Source: an uncultured Acidimicrobiales bacterium
Lineage (GTDB): Bacteria > Actinomycetota > Acidimicrobiia > Acidimicrobiales > DATKAS01
Assembly (NCBI GenBank): GCA_963726495.1
Contig: CAVSCP010000009.1
Coordinates: 79,665-143,664, forward strand
Length of the DNA: 64,000 nucleotides
Direction of reading: 5' to 3'
The notes below the pieces were generated by a model that was not told the DNA's origin, made no database searches, and saw nothing but the letters and a program-made list of their open reading frames with translations. How positions within the stretch are numbered: the stretch's first letter is position 1; every line of letters starts with the position of its first letter. This document shows, in pieces, positions 57,160-64,000 of this stretch. The position numbers and the translations under genes are program-made.

Positions 57160-58375
57160 GAGACTGCCAGCGGCATCTTGGCCATGCCTCGCAACGAGAT
57201 GCGAGGCGCCCACTCGGGCTCGCCCGCGTACTCGACTGTCTCGAACCTTCGCAGGAACCTGCCGATGGCCACCTGCGCCTCGAGCCGGGCGAGTGACGCG
57301 CCGAGGCAGAAGTGGATGCCTGAGCCGAGCGCGAGGTGCGACGCCGCGTTCGGCCGGTCGATCAGCAACGCGTCCGGATCGACGAAGTGCGTCGGGTCGT
57401 GGTTCGCGGCGCCCAGCACTGGCATCACCACCGCTCCCTTCTCGACGAACTCGCCTCCGAAGTCGACCCGCTCGAGCACCGCACGCGCGGTGAACTGCAC
57501 CGGACCGTCCATGCGCAAGAGCTCATCGACGGCAGTCGCATCGACGGAGGGATCGGCTCGGAAGCGTGCGAGCACGTCGGGACGCTCCATGAGCAGGCGC
57601 GTGCCGTTTCCGATCAGGTTCACCGTCGTCTCGTGCCCGGCGACGAAGAGGAGCAGCACCATCGACACGAGCTCGTTCGTGGAGAGCCGCTCGCCCTCCT
57701 CCTCGGCCGCGATCAGCGCGGACAGCAAGTCGTTCTCCAGCGGTGCCTTGCGCCGTTCGGCGATCACCGCCTCGACGAACTCGCGCATGTGGCCCGTGGC
57801 TTCAGTCGCTGCCTGCCGCTCTTCTGCGGTGATGAGCGGCTCGAGCGTGAGCGTGATCGCTTGCGACCACGCGCGCAGCTGTTCGCGCTCGTCGGTCGGC
57901 ATGCCGAGCAGCTCGGAGATGACCTGGAACGGGAGCGGGAACGCGAGCGTCGAGACCAGGTCGCACCCACCGTCGGCCGCGATCGTGTCGAGGATCTCGT
58001 CGACCATCTCGATGACACGGGGCCGCCACGCGTCGATGGCCTTCGGCGTGAACGCTCGAGCGGCAAGGCCCCGCACGCGGTGTGCTTCGGCGGGTCGAGG
58101 TTGAGAAGTGACTCGTTGAAGCCCTCGTCGCGGGCCTCGGTCTCCTCCTGGTTGCCGAAGAGCCCGATGCCTTCGACGTTCGCGTTGGCCTCCATGTCGG
58201 CACTGAACCTCGCGTCGCGCAGCACCTTGGCGCAGTCGTCGTACCGGGTCAGGACCACGAGCCCGAAGGGGCTGCGGTGCACCGGATCGACCGCACGCAG
58301 CTCTGCGTAGTGCGGATACGGGTTGGCCCGCACCTCAGGATCGAGCGGGTTGAAGAACACCTGGGTGTCGCTCAC
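57156..58375 (-). pseudogene. Cytochrome P450, one frame break near 58080
   Basis: The haem-binding loop is HLALGSGIHFCLGASLA, the I-helix is LLLFVAGHETT, and ExxR is in DELLR. The N-terminal part is ORF 57764..58405. The stop overlaps the coxM-like GTG (GTGA at 57156..57159). Confidence 0.85.
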
Positions 58376-58412
58376 TTCAGAATGCTCCCACGCGCATGCG
58401 ACCATTGAAGAC

Positions 58413-59379
58413 GTGACGTCCGTTGGCCTCGTCCTCGGTGCTGGTGGGGTGGTCGGGCACGCCTACCACGCCGGCACGTTGGCGACGATCGCCGAGGTGA
58501 CCGGATGGGATCCCCGCACGGCTGCGGTGATCGTGGGCACATCGGCAGGCTCGGGCGTCGGCGCGACGCTGCGAGCCGGGCTGGCGGCGCGTGACTTCGC
58601 GGCCCGCATCACGGGCGAGCCCCTGTCACCCGAGGGCGCCGCGCTCTTGAAAGGCATGGAGCGGCTGCAGCCGCCGCCCATGCGACTTCAGGTAGGTGGG
58701 CGGATGCCGTTCCCCGAGGCGCCGATGCTGCTGGCCCGCGATCTCGTCGCGCCGTGGCGGTTCCGTCCCGGAAAGGCGCTTGCCGCGCTCGCGCCGGAAG
58801 GCCGCGTCCCCACGACGGGGATGGGCGACCGGATGCGCCGACTCCACAAGGAGCGCTGGCCCGCCGCGCCCCTGTGGATCTGCGCGTTGCGGCTGAGCGA
58901 CGGCGCACGAGTCGTGTTCGGCCGCGACCCTGCGCCCGAGCCAGACGTCGGAACCGCCGTCGAGGCGTCGTCCGCGATCCCGGGCTTCTTCGCGCCGGTC
59001 GTGATCGACGGTGAGCGCTACGTCGACGGCGGCGCGCACTCCCCCACGAACGCCGACCTCGTCGCTCGCATCGGCCTCGACCTCGTCATCGTCGTGTCGC
59101 CGATGTCGGCCCGCACCGAAGCGCTCATGTTCAACCTGCGCGCGGCGGTTCGCGGCCTGCACCGGAGCACGCTGCATCGCGAGCTCGGCCTGTTCGGTTC
59201 GGGCACCGCGGTCCTCTGCTTCGAGCCCACGTCGGTCGACATGCAGGTGATGGGGATCAACGCGATGGATCCGAAGCGCATGGTGCCCGTGATCGCGCAA
59301 GCGCGACGTTCGGCTGCCGCGCACCTCGCCGACGACGAGTCGAGGCGGCGCGATCGAGATGTTGAAGGCGGCAGCGTGA
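58413..59379 (+). pseudogene. Patatin-like phospholipase, frame break near 59340
   Basis: The motifs are GLVLGAGGVVG (oxyanion), GTSAG (GxSxG) and YVDGGAHS (DGG). The tail ..GGAIEMLKAAA* is in another frame, and its TGA overlaps the hemE GTG. Confidence 0.75.
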
Positions 59380-60403
59380 GCGCGTCTCCCCACTCTGCGT
59401 TTCTGGCTGCCTGCCGCGGCGAGGCCCACGCGCGGCGTCCCGTGTGGTTCATGCGCCAGGCCGGTCGCGCGCTTCCCGAGTACCGCGCGATCCGCGGCAG
59501 AGGGCAGCATCCTCGACGCGATCCGCAAGCCCGAGCTGGCGGCAGAGATCACGCTCCAACCGGTACGTCGCTATGGCGTCGATGCGGCGATCCTCTACAG
59601 CGACATCGTCGTGCCGGTCGCTGCGATCGGTTTCGGAGTCGACGTCGCTCCTGGCACTGGGCCCGTCACCGAGCAGCCGTTCCGCTCCGAGGCCGATCTC
59701 GCGCGGCTGCGTCCGCTCGAGCCCGAGCTCGACATCCCGTACGTGCTCGAGACCGTGAAGATCCTGTCCGGTGAGCTCGACGTGCCGCTGATCGGGTTCG
59801 CCGGCGCGCCGTTCACGGTCGCGAGCTACCTCATCGAAGGGCGGCCCTCGCGCACCTATGCGCGCACGAAGTCGCTGATGTACGGCGAGCCCGCGTTGTG
59901 GCACCGGCTGCTCGACCGTCTCGCCGACCTCGCGATCGCGACGCTGCGCGCGCAGGTCGAGGCGGGCGCGCAAGCCGTGCAGCTGTTCGACAGCTGGGCG
60001 GGCGACCTCGAGCGCGCCCGACTACGCCGCGCTCGTGTGGCCCGCGAGCCGAAAGGTGCTCGCCGGGGTGGCCGACCTCGGCGTGCCCCGCATCCACTTC
60101 GGCGTGGGCACCGGCGAGCTGCTCGAGCTGATGGTGTCGGCCGGAGCGGACGTGCTCGGGGTCGACTGGAGGGTGCCGCTCGACGTCGCACGCACGCGGG
60201 TCGGGAACGACGTGACGTTGCAGGGCAACCTCGACCCTTCGGTCTGCCTCGGTGATTGGGCCGTCGTCGAGCAGCGGGCGCTCGACGTGATCCAAAGGGC
60301 GGGCTCGGGCCCGCGTCACATCTTCAACCTGGGTCACGGCGTGCTTCCCGAGACCGATCCCGGCGTGCTCGCCCGCCTGGTCGAGCTCGTGCACCGCACG
60401 TGA
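59376..60403 (+). pseudogene. hemE: Uroporphyrinogen decarboxylase, two single-base frame breaks
   Basis: The sequence is ..[62 protein letters not shown]... The frame is restored if one G is removed from the GGG at 59502..59504 and one base near 60010. Confidence 0.9.
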
Positions 60404-61818
60404 CGCACGTCGTCGTCGTCGGCGGGGGGATCACGGGCCTCGCGTGCGCGCTCGAGCTCGGGGACGCCGGCATCGAGGTGACCGTGCTCGAAGCGGCCGA
60501 TCGACTCGGCGGGAGCATCCGCACCTCCTCGTTCGGCGGGCTCGCGATCGACGAGGCGGCAGACGCGTTCCTCGCGCGGGTGCCCGAGGCGGTCGCGCTG
60601 GCGCAGCGCGTCGGGCTCGGTGATTCGCTCGTCGTCGCCGTCGAACGCCGGGGCGTACGTGTGGTCGCGTGGCGCGCTGCGCCGGCTGCCCGGCGGACTC
60701 GCGCTCGGTGTGCCGGGCGAGATCTGGCCCGTGGTGCGTTCGGGGATCCTCAGCGTGGGAGGGATGGCGAGGGCGGCGGTCGAGCCGGTGCTGCCTCGCC
60801 GGTCAGTGCCTCCCGATGCCTTGGGCCCGCTCGTCGAGAGCCGGTTCGGGCGCGAGGTGCTCGACCGGCTCGTCGATCCGCTGATCGGCGGCATCAACGC
60901 AGGTGAGGCCGATCGCCTGAGCGCCGAGGCGGTGTCGCCGCAGGTGGCGGCGGTCGCGGCAAGGTCGAGATCGCTGCTGTTCGGGCTGCGGGCCGATCGC
61001 CGCGCGCACCCGCCCGATCCGACCGCCCCGGTCTTCTTCGCCCCGCGAGGCGGGATGGGCGGCTTGGTCGAGCGCGTCGCCGCGGCGCTCGGCGAAGGAG
61101 ACCGAAGGACGACCGTCGAGCTGTCGACGCCCGTCGAATCGATCGAGCTCGAAGGCAGACGGAACGGTCCAGATTCACGACTGCCACATCGGCGCCGAAT
61201 CGATATCGAATCGCTGCCGACGCGGCAGTGCTCGCGTGTCCCGCATGGGCGTCGGCTGCGCTCCTCGCCGACATCGCGCCCGGCGTGGCCTCCACACTCC
61301 GGGAGATTGACCACGCGTCAGTCGCCCTGGTGACGCTCGCGTTCGACGACGCCGCGATCGGGCGCGCCCTCGACGGCACCGGCCTCCTGGTGCCCAAGCC
61401 CGAGCAGCACACGGTGACGGCCGCGTCGTGGGGCTCCACCAAGTGGGCGCACTGGAAGCGCCCAGGTCAGGCGATCGTCCGCGCGTCAGCAGGCCGCGAC
61501 GGCGACGAGCGGGCGCTCGACCTCGACGACGAGGCGCTCGTCGAGGCTGTCGTCGCCGACCTGCGGAGGCTCATGGCCGTGCGGGCCGAGCCGACTCAAG
61601 TGAGGGTGAGTCGATGGCCCCGCTCGTTCCCGCAGTACCGGCCGGGCCACCTCGCCCGCATCGACGCAGCCGAGCGCGAACTCGCTGCTCGCGCCCCACA
61701 CCTCGCGCTCGCCGGGGCCGGATACCGGGGCCTCGGCATCCCCGCGTGCATCCGGCAGGGCCAAGCCGCGGCGCGCACCGTCATGACCCGACTTCTCGCG
61801 GGCACCCCGCGCGCGTGA
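60400..61818 (+). pseudogene. hemY: Protoporphyrinogen/coproporphyrinogen III oxidase (HemY/CgoX-type FAD enzyme), at least 2 frame breaks
   Basis: The GTG at 60400 overlaps the hemE stop (GTGA). The N-terminus is VVVVGGGITGLACALEL. The middle part is ORF 60620..61333. The C-terminal part is ORF 61228..61818 (..VSRWPRSFPQYRPGH..LAGAGYRGLGIPACI..). Confidence 0.8.
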
Positions 61819-61830
61819 AACTGGTAGCGA

Positions 61831-62532
61831 ATGGATCGGCGGACTTTCCTCATTGCTGGCGCCGGAGCCGTCGTGCTCGCGGCGTGTGGAAGCAAGAGCG
61901 CGGCCGACGACCCCGAGCTCGCCGCGTCATCGACTGACGCGCCACCGACGACTGCGGGCACGACGGCGCCCACGACCGCAGCCCGTCACCGCTGCGCCCA
62001 CGACCGCTGCGCCAGCCGCCGCGGCCAGCGCCACGCCGCCGCCAACGCACCGCAGCCCACGGCCGCGGCCGCCGAGAACGACAACCCCGGGATCACGTCG
62101 CCGCCGAACGCGCACGCGCCTGAGGCCATCAACCAGATCGGATCGATCGCGGTCCCCAAGCTCGGTCTGAACACCGCGCTCTTCGAAGGGGTCACCCTGA
62201 CGACGCTCAACAGGGTGGGCGTCGGCCATTGGCCGGGCACCGCGTTGCCGAGCCAGACGGGCAACGTCGTCGTCGCGGGGCACCGCGTCACGCACAGCCG
62301 ACCGTTCCGCAACCTCGACACGCTCGGACCGGGCGATCAAGTGATCTTCACGATCGGCAACGGTCAGCACACCTACACGTTCGCGAGCAACGAGATCGTG
62401 CCCCCGAACGCCATGCGCATCGTCAACCAATCGGCGGACAAGACCGCGACGTTGTTCGCATGCCATCCGCCCGGGTCAGCGCGCTTCCGCTTCGTCGTGC
62501 ACCTGACCTACGTCGGCTCGACCACCGTCTGA
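61831..62532 (+). CDS. Sortase-family transpeptidase with a Tat-like, lipobox-containing leader
   Basis: The leader MDRRTFLIAGAGAVVLAACGS contains RRxFL and L-A-A-C. The catalytic His is in VVAGHR, the Cys in ATLFACHPPGS and the Arg in ARFRFVV. The Arg/Cys/His-rich linker at about 61985..62040 may hide compensating frame errors. Confidence 0.7.
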   Translation: MDRRTFLIAGAGAVVLAACGSKSAADDPELAASSTDAPPTTAGTTAPTTAARHRCAHDRCASRRGQRHAAANAPQPTAAAAENDNPGITSPPNAHAPEAINQIGSIAVPKLGLNTALFEGVTLTTLNRVGVGHWPGTALPSQTGNVVVAGHRVTHSRPFRNLDTLGPGDQVIFTIGNGQHTYTFASNEIVPPNAMRIVNQSADKTATLFACHPPGSARFRFVVHLTYVGSTTV

Positions 62533-64000
62533 TGATCGAGACCACCGATCCGGAGGCGGCTTCGGCGCGCCCGCGCGGCCGCGCGTCGCGGCGCCTCGTC
62601 ACGATCGCGGCGTGCATCGGCACCGGCGCGCTCATGGCGTTCTCACTGCCGCCGTGGGGATGGTGGCCGCTGCTCTTCGCGGGGATCTTCTTCCTCGACC
62701 GTCTGCTCGCCGGGCAGCCCGCCGCGAGGAGGTTCTGGCGGGGCTGGGCCGTCGCCGCGGCGTGGCTCTTCCCCGGCATGGGGTGGATGGTCTTCCTGAC
62801 CGCGCCGGGATGGATCATCGCGTCGGGCCTCTACGCCGCGTACTTCGGTGCCGCGTGCGCGCTCGCACCAGCGAGTCGTTGGCGCTGGGTCGTCCTGCCC
62901 GGATCGATCGCCCTCGCCGAGGTCATCCGCTGGTCCTGGCCGTTCGGCGGTGTGCCGCTCGCGTCGTTCGCGATCAGCCAAGCGGCGTCGCCCATCGCGT
63001 TCGTCGTCCGGCTCGGCGGCTCACCGCTGCTCGTGATCCTCGTCGTCGCGATCGGCGTGATGCTCTCGGCGGCGTGGGAACGCGCGTGGAAGGCACTGGC
63101 CGTCGGTGCCTCGTTGATCGCAGTCGTCATCGCCGCCGCGGCAGTGGCTCCCCGAGGCCATGACACGGGGTCGATCAACGTCGCGCTCGTCCAGGGCGGA
63201 GGAAAGCAGGGAACCCACGCCGACGACATCGATCCCCGCATCGTGTTCGAGCGCCACGTCGACGCGACCGCGCTGGTCAAGCAACCTGTCGATCTCGTCG
63301 TCTGGCCCGAGAACGTCGTGCACGTCGAAGGACCGGTGTCCGACACCGACGAAGGCGTCGAGCTCGCAGAGCTGGCGCGCACCCTCGGCGCGACGCTCAG
63401 CGTCGGCGTGATCGAAGGCGCGGCGACGACCACTTCCACAACTCACAGATCGCGTACGACGCCGACGGCAACCTCGTTGCTCGGTACGAGAAGGTGCGAC
63501 GCGTGCCGTTCGGTGAGTGGATGCCGATGCGCGGGCTGCTCAAGGCGATCGGTGCCCCCACGAACCTCGTGCCGCGCGATGCGATCCCCGGAACCGGGCA
63601 CGCGGTGCTCGACACCCCCGCGGGACGGCTCGGCGTCGTGATCTCGTGGGAGGTCTTCTTCGGCGGCCGCGCCCGAGATGCGATCGGCCACGGCGGCACC
63701 GTCCTGCTGAACCCCACGAACGGCGCGTCGTACACGGGGACGTTGCTGCAGACGCAGCAGGTCGCGTCGTCGAGGCTGCGCGCGCTCGAGACCGGCAGGT
63801 GGGTCGCGCAGGTCGCGCCGACAGGGTTCAGCGCGTTCATCGACGATCACGGGCACGTGGTCCAGCGCACCGGCATCAGCGAGCAGAAGGTGATCCAGGC
63901 CGCGGTGCGCACCCGCGAAGGCAACACGATCTACGTGCGCATCGGAGACCGACCCGTCGTCGCGCTCGCGCTGCTGCTGATCGCGATCGGGCTCATCGGG
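62532..64000 (+). pseudogene. lnt: Apolipoprotein N-acyltransferase, 3'-partial, one frame break near 63425
   Basis: The ATG at 62532 overlaps the sortase stop (TGATG). A multi-TM N-terminal half is followed by the CN-hydrolase part (..DLVVWPENVV.. then ..ARYEKVRRVPFGEWMP..VISWEVFF..LLNPTNGASY..). The frame is still open at the window end. Confidence 0.8.

Noticed and set aside
61985-62040. Compensating double frameshift in the sortase linker
   Set aside because: The alternative frame gives a more natural Pro/Thr/Ala linker (PVTAAPTTAAPAAAASATPPP) than the annotated RHRCAHDRCASRRGQRH. However, the ORF is open either way and third-position GC does not discriminate between the frames. It cannot be claimed without reads or orthologues.
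1-64000. tRNA, rRNA, transposase, integrase, phage or plasmid genes
   Set aside because: None was recognised by eye in any frame or intergenic region. A tRNAscan, Infernal and ISfinder run would be needed to exclude small RNAs formally.

Overview
This is a very GC-rich, gene-dense chromosomal window with about 60 protein-coding loci on both strands. I recognised no rRNA, tRNA, CRISPR array, transposase or integrase. The gene repertoire looks Actinomycetota-like: DinB/mycothiol-type enzymes, LLM/PPOX (F420-type) enzymes, a FliA/WhiG sigma factor, an lhr-nei pair, HelD, hemE-hemY, Lnt and a DtxR-family regulator.

Gene content runs as follows:
- corA (5'-partial) and an NfeD-SPFH-flavin reductase-FAD oxidoreductase operon.
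- An ECF sigma factor, a CoA-transferase and a DinB protein.
- A LacI-linked locus with four PhyH-type dioxygenase paralogues plus a DUF2961/GH172 protein.
- An acyl-CoA dehydrogenase.
- A YjbR-HD-DUF429 coupled triad facing a PD-(D/E)xK-like gene.
- A ferritin-like di-iron protein, an MBL sulfatase-like protein and a crotonase.
- A DUF998-unknown-Dam methylase coupled triad.
- A convergent FlgN-like / FliA pair and a 1-Cys peroxiredoxin.
- An intact 1176-aa zinc-ribbon/class III cyclase/STAND-ATPase/TPR protein overlapping an HxGH nucleotidyltransferase.
- A MacB-type ABC exporter and an ABC-F ATPase.
- A secreted C11 peptidase followed by lhr and nei.
- A betaine-type binding protein, a DtxR regulator, HelD and an EEP nuclease/phosphatase.
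- A fully coupled P450-CoxM-CoxS-CoxL-like operon.
- Patatin, hemE, hemY, a Tat/lipobox sortase and lnt (3'-partial).

The dominant technical feature is that roughly half of the conserved genes have broken reading frames. Several breaks sit in short G/C homopolymers, which I read as indel error rather than gene decay. I typed these loci 'pseudogene' only because the frame is broken as sequenced.

The most interesting non-routine signals are:
1. A shared LacI-type palindromic operator that ties the PhyH x4 + GH172 locus into one regulon.
2. The cyclase-STAND-TPR protein coupled to an NMNAT-like gene.
3. The YjbR-HD-DUF429 triad next to a PD-(D/E)xK-like protein with an unassigned N-terminal domain.
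4. A hairpin-plus-G-tract repeat of roughly 55-70 bp present three times.
5. A Tat-lipoprotein sortase whose stop overlaps the lnt start.

All family calls come from motif recognition by eye. No database search was run.
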